Positions 34,527 to 46,512 of a stretch of DNA of 64,000 nucleotides are shown piece by piece. The notes below the pieces were generated by a model. The model was not told the DNA's origin. It worked only from the letters and a program-made list of their open reading frames with translations, and did not search any database. The first letter of the stretch is position 1. The number at the start of each line of letters is the position of its first letter. Position numbers and translations under genes: made by a program. The stretch covers positions 888,848 to 952,847 of the forward strand of contig KV454012.1 of the NCBI GenBank assembly GCA_001661245.1, read 5' to 3'. Source of the stretch: Pachysolen tannophilus NRRL Y-2460. Lineage: Eukaryota.

Positions 34527-35007
34527 CTAATAAAGCAAGATAGATAGATACTAGAAAATAACAAGAAACTGCTAAAAAATACTTCTGGGGAAAAAACCAA
34601 ATATGACGTCGTGTCACACTTTTTTTCGCAGAAACAAATAAGACACAGTCATGACGCCAATTTGGATATGTCACAGACGACAGCAGGTGACCGACAACAC
34701 GACCAGACGACACGACTAAATGGTACGACAAGACTCATAAACCATAAACCATAATCAATTGACTACACGAAATGGATTAGAAAACTAATAAATAATTCTT
34801 AAAACTGGATCAAACACAGGACAAAACAACTGAAAAATAAGAAATAATATAAATAAAACTTTAAATCAAAATGTATATATATATATAGATATATATATAT
34901 ATGTCAATTTGAAAAACTGTTTGAAAAACAAAAAACAAACGTAATGTATATGTCAAAAAAAAAAAAGGAAAAAAGAAAAGGAAATATTATCTATAAATTA
35001 AAAGAGA

Positions 35008-38000
35008 CTATTTGAGAATTTTGCAAATTAAATCAGAAGCGTCTACAGAATCACCTTCCTTAACGACAACTTCGCCAACCTTACCTGAAACAGGAGCAGA
35101 TATTACCATTTCCATCTTCATAGCCGACAAAACACATAACGGATCACCCTTCTTAACTTCTGTACCATGTTTGACTCTAACTTCAATAACAACACCAGCC
35201 ATTGGAGCACCAACTTCATTTGGATTATGTGCATCAGCCTTAGGTCTAGTAACGCTTTCAACAGCTGCTTTTCTATCTTCAACAGTGACTTTTCTCATTT
35301 CACCATTTAATTCGAAATAAACTTCCCTAGTACCTTTAGCAGATAAATCACCAATTGCCATACATTTGACAATTAAAGTCTTACCTTGTTGGATGGAAAC
35401 TGTAATTTCTTCATTTAATTTAGGTGGTGCTAACAAAAATCTTGTTGGCAAGACAGATAAATCACCATACTTGTCTTGAGTCTTTCTAAAAGCTTCATAA
35501 ACTTTTGGATACATGTTATAAGAAGCAACATCACATTCAGTGATTTTATCAAAACGAGAAGATAATTCCTTTTTAATAGCTTTCAAATCAAATGGTTCCA
35601 ATTCCAAACCTGGTCTACGGTTTAATTTTCTTCTCTTTCCATGCAAGACATTAGTTCTTAAAGGTTCTGGGAAACCACCGTATGGGATACCCATTAAACC
35701 TTCAAAGAAATCCAAGACCGAATCTGGGAAATCTAATTCAGAAGCTAATCTCTCAACATCTTCTTTACTCAATTTATTTGAGACCATAAATTGTGCCAAA
35801 TCACCAACAACTTTAGAAGTTGGAGTAACTTTAACGATATCTCCAAGTAAACTGTTAGCTTCTTCATATGTTTTCTTGGTTTCTAACCATTTTTCACCTA
35901 AACCAACTTGTTGTGCCTGGAATAACAAATTGGTCAATTGACCACCTGGAATTTCATGTTGGTAAACTTCTGGATCAGGACCTTTCAAATCAGCTTCAAA
36001 AGGAGAGTATAATAATCTCATTTCAGCCCAGTAAGCATCTAATTCTCTAACAAACGATGCAGTAATGTTGGTATCAATTTCACCTTCTAATGAAGAAAGT
36101 AAAGCAGAGATTGATGGTTGAGAAGTTAATCCAGAAACTGAGTTTGTAGCAACGTCAACAACATCGGCACCTGCTTTAGCAGCTGCAGCCATTGAAGCAA
36201 CACCAGTACCTGCTGAATCATGAGTATGTACATGAATTGGTAAATCTGGGTATTTAGCTCTGATAGAACCAATCAACTTAGTTGCTGCAGCTGGTTTCAA
36301 AGTACCAGCCATATCTTTAATACCCAAAAAGTGGGTACCCATCTCAACTATCTTATCGACAATCATTAAATAATAATCGAGATTATATTTCTTACCTGGT
36401 TGCAACATATCACCACTATAACAAACTGTGGATTCTACAACACCACCAGCCTTCTTAACGGCTTCAATACCAACTTTAAGTTGTTCTAAATCATTCAAAG
36501 CATCAAAGACTCTGAAGATATCGACACCATTGTCCTTTGCTTGTTTTACAAAATGGTCAATAGCATTATCTGGCAAAGAAGAATAAGCAACACCATTTGC
36601 ACCTCTCAATAACATTTGGAATGGAATGTTTGGTACTAATTTCTTCATCTTTCTTAATCTGACCCAAGGATCTTCATGTAAAAATCTCATCGCAACATCA
36701 AAAGTAGCACCACCCCAACATTCCAATGCAAAGGCTCCACTTAATGCATGAGCAGTAGTTGGAGCAATGTTCAATAAGTCAATAGTTCTAACTCTTGTGG
36801 CTAATAAAGATTGATGGGCATCTCTCCAAGTTGTATCCATGATCAAAGTACCTTTAAATTTACGAACTTCTTTAGCAAATTCAACTGGACCTTTTTCTAA
36901 TAAGACATCTCTCCAACCTTTTGGTGGTGCCTTTTCGATATCAATTGGTGCACCAGTCTTAGGATCATGAAGAATTGGAATACTTGCTTCTTTATCCAAT
37001 TTAGGTAAGCCAACTTGTCCTTTAATTGATGAACCATTGACAGCCAAATCACCCAAATATGCCAACAATTTCTGAGCTCTGTTTTGAGTGGTCATCATAT
37101 CGAATAATGAAGGAGTATCATCAATAAAAGTAGTCCAACAATCACCATTAACAAAAGTCTCATGGGTTAATAATGATAACAAGAATGGAATATTTGTTTT
37201 GACACCTCTGATTCTAAATTCAACCAATGATCTAATCATCTTTCTTCTTGCAATTTCATAGGTAGAACCAGAACAAGAACATTTAACCAACATAGAATCG
37301 TAATGAGGTGAAATAATGGCACCTGCAAAACCATTACCACCATCTAATCTAACACCGTTACCACCTGCAGATCTGTAAACTTCAATTTTACCAGTATCCG
37401 GCAGAAAATTCTTTGAAGGATCTTCTGTTGTGATACGACATTGAATAGCAAAGCCTCTTGTTGTGATTTTATCTTGTAACAAACCCAATTGTTCCAATGA
37501 AGCACCTGCAGTTATTTGGATTTGAGCAGCAACAATATCAACACCAGTAATTTCTTCTGTAATTGTATGTTCAACTTGTATTCTTGGATTAATTTCAATA
37601 AAGTAATGTCTATTTTGTTTATCAACCAAGAATTCTGCAGTACCAGCATTTCTATAATTTGCAGATTTTGCTAATTTAACAGCATCAGCCAATATAGCAT
37701 CTCTTACTTCAATTGGTAAAGTTTTTGCAGGAGCAATTTCAACAACTTTTTGATGTCTTCTTTGAACAGAACAATCTCTTTCGAAAAGATGAATAACATT
37801 ACCATAACCATCAGCCAATAATTGGACTTCGATATGCTTTGGTTTATCTAAAAATCTTTCAATAAAACATGTACCATTACCGAAAGCAGTTCTAGCTTCA
37901 GATGTGGCTCTACGGAAAGCATCTTCTATATCTTCACCTTCTCTAACAACTCTCATACCTCTACCACCACCACCAAAAGCGGCCTTAATAATGACTGGAT

Positions 38001-38535
38001 AACCATATTTAGCTACAAATTCGGAAGCTTCTTCAACGGTTTCAATTGGTCCTGGAGTACCTGGGACAACTGGAACATTATTTGCAATTGCCAAAGTTCT
38101 TGCACTGACTTTATCACCAACAGCGTCAATTACGTTATGAGGAGGACCAACCCATTTTATACCACTTGCTTCAACTTTTCTGGCAAATTCAGAATTTTCT
38201 GATAAAAACCCATAACCTGGATGAATCATATCAACATTATGTTTTTTGGCAATAGCAATAATCTCATCAATTGCAAGATAAGCTTGAACAGGAGAATATT
38301 GACCTCTTTTACCAATTGCATATGCTTCATCTGCTTTCAATCTATGCATTGACAATCTATCTTCATATGAATAAATTGCAACCGATTGCATAGATAATTC
38401 ATGAGCAGTTCTAAAAATTCTTATTGGAATCTCACCTCTATTGGCAACCAAGATTTTTTTCATGGATCCCAATAACGATGAGTTTTTCCTCAAATCATTG
38501 AGTGTATTAACTTCTAAATCTTCAAGATCACTCAT
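35008..38535 (-). CDS. PYC1: Pyruvate carboxylase
   Basis: Biotin carboxylase (KILVANRGEI, ERDCSVQRRHQK), carboxyltransferase (RDAHQSLLATR, HVHTHD), biotin site AMKM. Confidence 0.98.
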   Translation of the reverse strand: MSDLEDLEVNTLNDLRKNSSLLGSMKKILVANRGEIPIRIFRTAHELSMQSVAIYSYEDRLSMHRLKADEAYAIGKRGQYSPVQAYLAIDEIIAIAKKHNVDMIHPGYGFLSENSEFARKVEASGIKWVGPPHNVIDAVGDKVSARTLAIANNVPVVPGTPGPIETVEEASEFVAKYGYPVIIKAAFGGGGRGMRVVREGEDIEDAFRRATSEARTAFGNGTCFIERFLDKPKHIEVQLLADGYGNVIHLFERDCSVQRRHQKVVEIAPAKTLPIEVRDAILADAVKLAKSANYRNAGTAEFLVDKQNRHYFIEINPRIQVEHTITEEITGVDIVAAQIQITAGASLEQLGLLQDKITTRGFAIQCRITTEDPSKNFLPDTGKIEVYRSAGGNGVRLDGGNGFAGAIISPHYDSMLVKCSCSGSTYEIARRKMIRSLVEFRIRGVKTNIPFLLSLLTHETFVNGDCWTTFIDDTPSLFDMMTTQNRAQKLLAYLGDLAVNGSSIKGQVGLPKLDKEASIPILHDPKTGAPIDIEKAPPKGWRDVLLEKGPVEFAKEVRKFKGTLIMDTTWRDAHQSLLATRVRTIDLLNIAPTTAHALSGAFALECWGGATFDVAMRFLHEDPWVRLRKMKKLVPNIPFQMLLRGANGVAYSSLPDNAIDHFVKQAKDNGVDIFRVFDALNDLEQLKVGIEAVKKAGGVVESTVCYSGDMLQPGKKYNLDYYLMIVDKIVEMGTHFLGIKDMAGTLKPAAATKLIGSIRAKYPDLPIHVHTHDSAGTGVASMAAAAKAGADVVDVATNSVSGLTSQPSISALLSSLEGEIDTNITASFVRELDAYWAEMRLLYSPFEADLKGPDPEVYQHEIPGGQLTNLLFQAQQVGLGEKWLETKKTYEEANSLLGDIVKVTPTSKVVGDLAQFMVSNKLSKEDVERLASELDFPDSVLDFFEGLMGIPYGGFPEPLRTNVLHGKRRKLNRRPGLELEPFDLKAIKKELSSRFDKITECDVASYNMYPKVYEAFRKTQDKYGDLSVLPTRFLLAPPKLNEEITVSIQQGKTLIVKCMAIGDLSAKGTREVYFELNGEMRKVTVEDRKAAVESVTRPKADAHNPNEVGAPMAGVVIEVRVKHGTEVKKGDPLCVLSAMKMEMVISAPVSGKVGEVVVKEGDSVDASDLICKILK

Positions 38536-39082
38536 GCTGATAAATAATATAATACAATATATTAATTTTCTTCAATCCTCAAATTGATTAAGATATAACT
38601 GGGCGCTTAATTTCTAACAAAAAGAAAAAAAAAAAAAAAAAAAGTTTGGTTTTATTTCTTTTTTTTTTTCTTTCTTTTAAATTACGTTTACTCAGATATA
38701 TCTTTTCTCAAACCGAAAAAATAATTAAGATAACTAATTATTAAAATAGCAATAATTATAATATCTAAGAATTGATTACTTTTATATATATATATATTTA
38801 TCCCTTTAAACAAAACATAAAAGTGATCATGGGAAAGGAAAGAAAATTTTAACATGTATGAATCATAGTTTCTGCATACGATGGTTGGAAGAAACAATAA
38901 AAATAATAAGAGAAAAAAAGTAGTGCACAAGGCAGTTTATCTCAAATAATAAGAAATCTCCCGAAACTCATTGCAAAAGAATCCCTATTCTATTGGTCGG
39001 GGGCTATATTGTAGAGGTATATAATAGCTATATGTTGAGTTTCCGGTTTTAAGTCCCATTACCAAAATCACTCGAGTAGTTT

Positions 39083-39116
39083 AGTACAGTACAATACAGT
39101 ACAGTACAGTACAGTA
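39083..39116. repeat. Pentanucleotide microsatellite (AGTAC)n
   Basis: agtac agtac aatac agtac agtac agtac agta, upstream of PYC. Confidence 0.9.
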
Positions 39117-40275
39117 GTTGGTCATTTCGCAATTTCTGCATTCACTTACTCTACTCTTAATATTATTATTATACAGGTTAATTTTCTCTTACTTCTCATT
39201 AGATTTTTATTGGATGGGCGAAAAAAAAAAAAATTTTTAATATTGGTTCTCAATTACTAAGTACACTGTTGGTGTTAAGTTTTTAGTATTTTTTTTTCAA
39301 GTCTTTTACCAATTGAATTGATGGATTGCTATCTAGACTAGACTGATAAATAGATTATTATAAGAAAGCCATTACCCCAGGTTTTCTGGATTTCCCAGAT
39401 CGAATGGGTGTGTGTTTACTTTATTGTTAACTGGGATTATGCCCGGGGGACCCAATGAACTCAAATAGTTTATTTCTTTATTTTTTATAATAGATTTTTT
39501 AAGAGAAGAAAAAAAAAAAAATTTAAAGTACTGTCCTAGAAATTACGGGTTCCGTGTCACTGATTTCTGGGGTAATTTTTGGCAGAGTATAAGTAAGTAA
39601 GTTCAATTGCAGTACTCTATTGTATTCAAATAACCCAAGAAACAACAATAGATTGAACTAATTTAGTCCCTAAGAAAGTTACGTAACCAACTAAATTACG
39701 TATCGATTATTAAGTTTATTAAGTTTATTACGTTTACTACGTTGCCCTTTCCCGTTTTCCCACTCCTCTTAAAAAAAAAAATTCTTAGAGTGACCTTGAA
39801 GAATTTGAAACACCGGCATTCTTTAATAAGGGTTTCTTATCATAAGAGCCGCCGCGCTGAGTTGATTTAAACTTTTTTTTTTTTTTTTTTTTTCAAAATT
39901 TAAGCGCCCTATAACAAAGCCTGTATTTAATATATATATAGATATATAATAATCTTTAAGCCCATTGGAGCGGATTTAAATGATTTTCTTGTTGTTGAAA
40001 CCTGGGGAAACAAAGAAAGAACAAGTAAGTTATATGCGTGAATGTGCATTTATTTTAAAACCCCGGGCGAAATTTTGAATCGATAAATGAAAAATAAAAA
40101 CAAATACTTAAAACAGCAATTAAAATCGTATTATCAACTAACTAACTAAATAAATAGATTACGATTATCTGTTACGAGTGTACGTTTACTTATATTCATT
40201 CAGTCATACTACATATTATTATCTTTTCTTCGTTTTTTTTCTTTTTTTCTTTTTTCGCTATTGTTGCTGGATTTT

Positions 40276-42084
40276 TCAAAAAGTAGATTGACCCAATACA
40301 TGAGCAGCACTTTTAGCATCAACACTATTTACTTCTTCTTCATCTTCTAATCGCGCACTACCATCAGCTTCATTATTATTATTATTATTATTATTATTAG
40401 TTATATTATTAGCTGCGGTTAATTCATCAATAATATCTTCAACATTTTCAATATTTGAGATTTTATCGTCATCAATTACTCTTTTGGTTCTACCACTCCA
40501 ATCATCTCCTTTAAAAGATTGTGATTTTGTTCTCTTTGCAATTTTTCCATCTGGATAATTTTCTCGACCTAATCTTGCAAGTCCACCTTTTATTGAACTA
40601 ACATTTCTTAAATCATTACGTAAACTTTCTAATAATGATAATTTTTTCCTTTCATTTTCAATTGTCTTAATGGTTAATTTTTTAAAAACTTCTTTAACTT
40701 TTTTATCAAGAAATTCCAAATATTCTTTTTTTTCTAATAACATATTATACGTTGTTCTAACAAGTTGTTTATTTAATTTATTTTCAATTATTGTTGCAGC
40801 TTCTAATGCTCTTATTGCTTCATCAACTTTTAAAGGATCAATTATTGCTTTATTTTTTAATTTAGCAATTGTTGCATGTCTTTTCCTTGTTACTTCTTCT
40901 GCATTAATTAATTCTCTCATTAATAAATGACGATTTGTTAATGATTCTTTTATTATATAAGAATCATCAATCAATAAATTAAAAGTATCCAATAACATCG
41001 AATTAACCGTATGACTCTTAATTAAATCTAATTCATTAACTATACTTGAAGTTTTTGATAATTTTACCCACATTCGAGACATATCTTCACTTATCTCTAC
41101 AGATTGTAAATCTTGTAATTTAGAACTATATTCAGCTTTTAATTGACATAATTTTTTATCCAACCTATCAATATTTTCTAAATCTGTTTTAATTAATTGA
41201 GAATTAACATATACTGCTTTCATTAATGGTCGAAACTCAGCTAAATCTTGACATTCATCATATGGAGGTTGTAATTGTTTTAAAGTCTTTCTTCTTAACC
41301 CTGTAGCCATAACTATATTTGATGGTTTTGTCTTTGAAGGAGAATAATGGAAATCGTTATTTTCTAAAAATAATACAAATTCAGAATTATTAACCAAGAT
41401 TGGATTAGAAGTTATACGATCAAACCAACTTTGAATCGCACTACCTAACGTTATCTTAAATTCATCAGAACCAAAGTTATAAAGCGTTGGTACAATAGGC
41501 AAAGCAGGAACAAAAACTTCAAGATTATTTATCTTTAAAAATTTATTAAATAAATCCAACTCTTTATAACTTCTTCTAACATCTTTATAAATCAGCTTCC
41601 TAAACCCATTTAATCCTTTAACTGTTGCATTCAATTTGAAAATTGGATTTTTAAAAGCATTTGAAACATTACCATTTTTTTCAATCTCTGCAACTTTGAT
41701 TGTTAATGAAAACTTGGATTTATTATACCTTTCTGGAATATATTTTTTCAAATCAGCATCAGTAGGGAAACGATTCAATGGCGAGTCGTTATTTTCGTGA
41801 TGCTGTTGCTGCTGTTGCTGCTGCTGTTGCTGCTGCTTATTCAAAGGTTCTTCTTCTCCAAAAGGCTGCCTTGGCGGTTGTGTACTAATGATACTACTGC
41901 CCACCGTTCCATATGCACCTATAGTACCTATCGCTGGACCACTTGCCGCTACCACGTTATCATCAGAAACACCTCTATCCCCATATTGGTCCTGATTCTC
42001 TTGTGAAAGTATACCGGAAGCAGATTGTTCAGCAAATGGATTATTATCAAAATCATCTGGATCGTAAGGTATAGATGAAGTCAT
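40276..42084 (-). CDS. VPS17: Retromer SNX-BAR subunit Vps17
   Basis: DDFDNNPFAE N-terminus, PX domain, ATGLRRKTLKQLQPPYDE, IIKESLTNRHLLMREL. Confidence 0.93.
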   Translation of the reverse strand: MTSSIPYDPDDFDNNPFAEQSASGILSQENQDQYGDRGVSDDNVVAASGPAIGTIGAYGTVGSSIISTQPPRQPFGEEEPLNKQQQQQQQQQQQHHENNDSPLNRFPTDADLKKYIPERYNKSKFSLTIKVAEIEKNGNVSNAFKNPIFKLNATVKGLNGFRKLIYKDVRRSYKELDLFNKFLKINNLEVFVPALPIVPTLYNFGSDEFKITLGSAIQSWFDRITSNPILVNNSEFVLFLENNDFHYSPSKTKPSNIVMATGLRRKTLKQLQPPYDECQDLAEFRPLMKAVYVNSQLIKTDLENIDRLDKKLCQLKAEYSSKLQDLQSVEISEDMSRMWVKLSKTSSIVNELDLIKSHTVNSMLLDTFNLLIDDSYIIKESLTNRHLLMRELINAEEVTRKRHATIAKLKNKAIIDPLKVDEAIRALEAATIIENKLNKQLVRTTYNMLLEKKEYLEFLDKKVKEVFKKLTIKTIENERKKLSLLESLRNDLRNVSSIKGGLARLGRENYPDGKIAKRTKSQSFKGDDWSGRTKRVIDDDKISNIENVEDIIDELTAANNITNNNNNNNNNEADGSARLEDEEEVNSVDAKSAAHVLGQSTF

Positions 42085-42625
42085 AATTAAATTTTGTTTT
42101 CGTTTAATTATATATATTTAAATTTTTAAAAATTTATAAAAAAAAGAACAACAAATTTTTTTAATTTAATCAATCCAAAAAAATTCAAATTCAATGTTTG
42201 AAAAAAAAATTTATAAAATTTTTAATCAAACTTTTTTACTTCTTCCATCAATTAAAGAAGATAGATACAAAAAGTATAAGATAAAACTTTCCAAATCTAT
42301 TTAATCCATTTAAACCAATTAGTAAAAATTTCAACTGATACGTAGATTATAAAATAAAACTAAAAAAAAATCAAAAACGGAGAAGATGTTTTAAACAAAT
42401 CTCCTTAACGGAGGATCTTGGAAACCAAAATGGAGAAGTTTGGGTTTCCGGAAAAGAAATTTTATAATTTTTTTTTGTTTTTGTTTTTGTTTTTTTTTAC
42501 TTAAATTTATTTCTTCTAACAAAGGCTAAATAAACTAGGCTAAACTAGTTATTAGAAAACCAGTTACTGTGTTTATCTAATTAGAGCCATTTAGTTTTAG
42601 AGTTTGGGCCTGTTATTTGATCAAG

Positions 42626-43597
42626 ATGAGTGGGAAACGAATGGTTTTAAATCCAGAAAATAGCAATGAGGTAGCTATTAAAGGTGTGATATTTGATATG
42701 GATGGAACTTTGTGCTTACCTCAAGTAAGTAAATTATTTTTTAATTCTTATATATACTTATTTTTTGAAATTCAACTAACATTGTATTTTAATTTATATA
42801 TAGCCATGGATGTTTAGTATGTAAATATTTGCAAAATGATGATTGTTGAATATCTTGGAAAAAGCTTTCTAACACATTATACTTTTAATAAATATATAGA
42901 GATGATGAGACAAGCTCTCAAGATAGAAGGGTTACCAATTGATATTTTAGATTATATTGATTCATTGTCTGAAGATGAAAAGATCATTGCAAATAAAGCA
43001 TTACTGGATATTGAAGCAAAAGCAATGATTGAACAAGTTCCTCAACCTGGGCTTGAGGATTTGATGAAATTTTTACATGAAAATGATTTACCAAAGACAA
43101 TTTGTACAAGAAATTTAATTGAACCTGTGAATCACTTGGTATCTAAATTTTTACCTTCTGAGATTCAATTACAAGATCCAATTATAACAAGATCTTACTC
43201 TCCTCCAAAGCCATCGGCAAAACCATTATTACATATAATCGAATCTTGGGGTTTAAAACCAGAAAATGTAATAATGGTTGGTGATTCTAGTGATGATATG
43301 ATGGCTGGTTTAAATGCAGGTTGTAGTGTTATACTAATTGAACATGAAAACAATATTTATTTGAAAAAATCATTGAAAGAAATTGACGTTGCTGTAAATC
43401 GGTAAGTTTAAAAATTTTTTTTTGATTTTGTTGTTTCTGGTAGAAAGCAACTAAAAAAGAAAAAAAAAAAGAAATCTATATTAACTATTGATTATATATT
43501 TAGACTCGACGATATTATTGACTTGATTAAAAATGGATATGCATTAGCCGATAAATCCCAATACGACCCAGCTAAAATATTAAATCGGTATCATTAG
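42626..43597 (+). CDS. HAD-superfamily hydrolase (YOR131C-like), 4 exons: 42626-42724, 42804-42816, 42900-43401, 43504-43597
   Basis: Splicing restores FDMDGTLCLPQ|PWMF|KMMRQAL...MVGDSSDDM...VN|RLDDIIDLIK; GT..AG introns with branch-like motifs; adjacent to VPS17 as YOR131C/YOR132W are. Confidence 0.9.
42725..42803 (+). other. Spliceosomal intron 1 of HAD gene
   Basis: GTAAGT...AACTAAC...TAG, phase 0. Confidence 0.9.
42817..42899 (+). other. Spliceosomal intron 2 of HAD gene
   Basis: GTATGT...TTCTAAC...TAG, phase 1 keeps frame. Confidence 0.88.
43402..43503 (+). other. Spliceosomal intron 3 of HAD gene
   Basis: GTAAGT...TATTAAC...TAG, phase 2; exon 4 gives the expected terminal helix LDDIIDLI. 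Confidence 0.85.
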
Positions 43598-43690
43598 TTT
43601 CTCAAGATTGTAGATTATCTAGACTTCAGCTTATAGATGCTGATTATTTTTTTTTTTTTTTTATTCTTATAATCGATACAGACTCTATTA

Positions 43691-45726
43691 TTACCTCAAA
43701 ATAAAATCACCAGCCTTGGTTATATACTTAACACCTTTGTACGGTTTTACATTCTCACCTAAACCTTTGGCACTTAAAATTTGCAAAGAATTCACTTTCA
43801 TACCACTTGCTAAAGTACCTTTGTTTGAATAATTCAATTGAATATATTTTGGTGCAATAATATTAACTTTTTTTGACTTAGTATTTGTACTCCATGTATG
43901 TTCAGTTTCACCATTCTGTCTAGAGTTTCCTGATAAAGTTGAAGAGGAATCCGGAAATGAATCATTTTGGACATCCCCATTAGAGATAACTCCACGCAAT
44001 ATAGGAGAAACTCCAAATGAAAGATTTTTATCTAAAATCCATTTATAGTTATCATTAGAAACTTTCAATAAATCTCCATGTGTCAACTTTAATGATCTAA
44101 TGTTAAAATTTGTATCAGAATCTTGTTTTCCATCATTATCGGCTCCACAAAAAATATCAATTTTTAAATTATCTATAGCTTTGACTTGTTTGGACATTGA
44201 TATATTTAATCTAATTTCAAATTCATCTTGATTGTTTCCTAGCCCTGTCCTAAAATCAACACTAACCAAGCCCAAATATTTTAAAATTTCTCTAGTATTT
44301 CTACCATAAACTTCATTATTGAGAAGATCTATTTCATATTCCAGTAGAGTGGATTTACCATCTGGAGGAATAAATGACAATACCCCATTTTTATTTAACC
44401 ATTTATCGATTCTAATACAAGGATGGAAAGAAGGAACTCCCAAATCGTGTCTACCAACATCTAATACCAATTCCAAATCGGGTATTCCAGAAAGATGAGA
44501 AGTGAATTCAATCTTCCCGTTAATTCTAGCTACTATAGGTTTGGCTTCTGAATAAGAATAATCCACAGCAGTACTATAAAAAGCCGATGACCTGTTGTTT
44601 AATGTTTTTCGTGTAGTATTTTTATTTGAGCGTGATGGAGGTATAATAATATTTATAATTTCCACTAAATCGACAAACATTTCATTATTTGTATATTTAA
44701 CATTGGATTTCCTCCATGGAATCTTATTATTATTTTCAGACAAGGATGCATAAGATTGTCCTTGCTGATTGTAACCTCTTGACATGACTGAACTAACAGA
44801 AGTTGATGAGCTTGTAGTATTGGTGCCTTGAGATAATTTTTTTGTTGAAGTTAATAATTTATCCAATAATGATTTATTCGGCATTAATTCTCTTATCTGA
44901 TTTAAATCAGTAATATAAGGATATTCATAATCAACCATATTCTGTAATATTAAATTCAAAACTTCAAAGTTAGATTTGAGCTTATTAGCAGATAAAGGAT
45001 TGGAAATACAACTGCCCATAACAGTGATCAATTGCTTGAAAAAATCATGATAAATTAATGGGTTATATGCAACAAATGGTTTATCATCTTTCAATTCATC
45101 TTTTGTTAAATCACTTGCATTTTTAGATTCTTGCTCATCATGTGAACTATTATTAGCCTTGGTATTTTCTATAGAATCCTCATCGACTTTTTCAGTTTCA
45201 TTATCTCTGAATTGTTCGTAATCATTTCCATCAATTTCATCAATTTCATCGTCCTCTTCCTCCTCATCTACTTCTTCATCATCTTCCCCCTCAGTTTCAG
45301 TTTCATTCTCACTCTCAGTCTCAGTTTCTGTATCGCTTCCATCTTCGGAGCTAGTATAAATATAAATATTTTCCTTCTTTAAATAATTTTCACCAACAAT
45401 GTAAAAAGTCATATCGTGATAAGGATATGTTGTCAGTATAGTCTTTGAATCAATTTCCACAATTGGTTCCAAACCATCATCATTACCACTCTGTGATATC
45501 AATTTTTCTGAAACTCTTTGAAACCTTACCGAATCCAATTTCGAAATGATGTAATCGAAATTGGGTGTCGCAGGCGATAATAAATACTGGAAAATCAAAT
45601 TACTAAAATACAAAAAAAAAATTTATAAAAGGTTAATAACAATTAATTTTAATTTTTAAAATTATCAACAAACTAAAATACAAACCTTTTATCATCAGTA
45701 ATATATATTGCTTCAATAAAACCCAT
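43691..45726 (-). CDS. APM3: AP-3 adaptor complex mu subunit; exons 45726-45686 and 45602-43691
   Basis: Spliced N-terminus MGFIEAIYITDDKSNLIFQYLL; IPWRKSNVKYTNNEMFVDLVE, PSFHPCI, SFIPPDGK, VKPYKGVKYITKAG. Confidence 0.93.
45603..45685 (-). other. APM3 intron with GTTTGT donor
   Basis: AG|GTTTGT...TATTAAC...TAG|T; joins in frame and supplies the missing ATG. Confidence 0.85.
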
Positions 45727-46512
45727 CTCATCAGTCCATCTATAATCTATAACAACTTTTCCTCTAAAATTGAATTCATAAACTAAATTACATAATATAT
45801 ATATCAACAAGTTTAATACTTCTTCTTCTTCACAATACAAAACGTCGTTGAGTTCAATTAAAAGCAAAAGTGCACGACCAACCAAGTTTTTGAACTATTC
45901 TTTTTGAAAAGATGAAGAAGATGAAGAAGAAGAAGAAGATATCTTTTAACAAAAGGTTAACCCAACAATGATCAACCAAAGTTAGACTAGTTCTACTAAT
46001 TGCTACAATAATTGATTTTGAAACTAAAAGACCATTCATTATTATGTTTTATTATATAGTTTTTATAAAATTAAGTTGAGCATCCCAAGAGTTGTTAAAT
46101 ATGAAAAAGAAATAGAAAAAAGAAGAAAAAAAAGTGTAAGAAAACATTAAATATAATTAACATTGTAAAAACCTTTTTAAATGATTGGATAATCTTTGTA
46201 AAGCTCAAATTATCACCTTTTAACAATAAATTCATGAATTGCTAGAAACTGCTGACACACACACACACACACTTTAATTTTTTTTTTTTTTGTAAGAAAA
46301 CAGTAACTAGTATTTATGAATTTTTTGTTAAAAAAAATGTTAAATTGAACTCTTGCAAAAAACCATCCAAACATCCAAGAAGACCAAACAATGATATAAA
46401 TCAGAATTAAGTGTATGTATTAAATTGTTGTTATTTTTTTGTTTTTCTTTTGAACCAAAAATATGAAAAAGCAAGCTGAAGAGTGAAAAAAAACAAACTA
46501 AAAGAAATAATT

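Noticed and set aside
34414..34731. 105-aa minus-strand ORF upstream of ADP1
   Set aside because: TTG start; its poly-Ile comes from an (AAT)n microsatellite; better read as promoter
35012..36050. Plus-strand ORFs antisense to PYC (and similar shadows in RTG2, RRP6, ADP1, VPS17, FAA, PRC1)
   Set aside because: Expected antisense or alternative-frame openness from codon bias of the real genes
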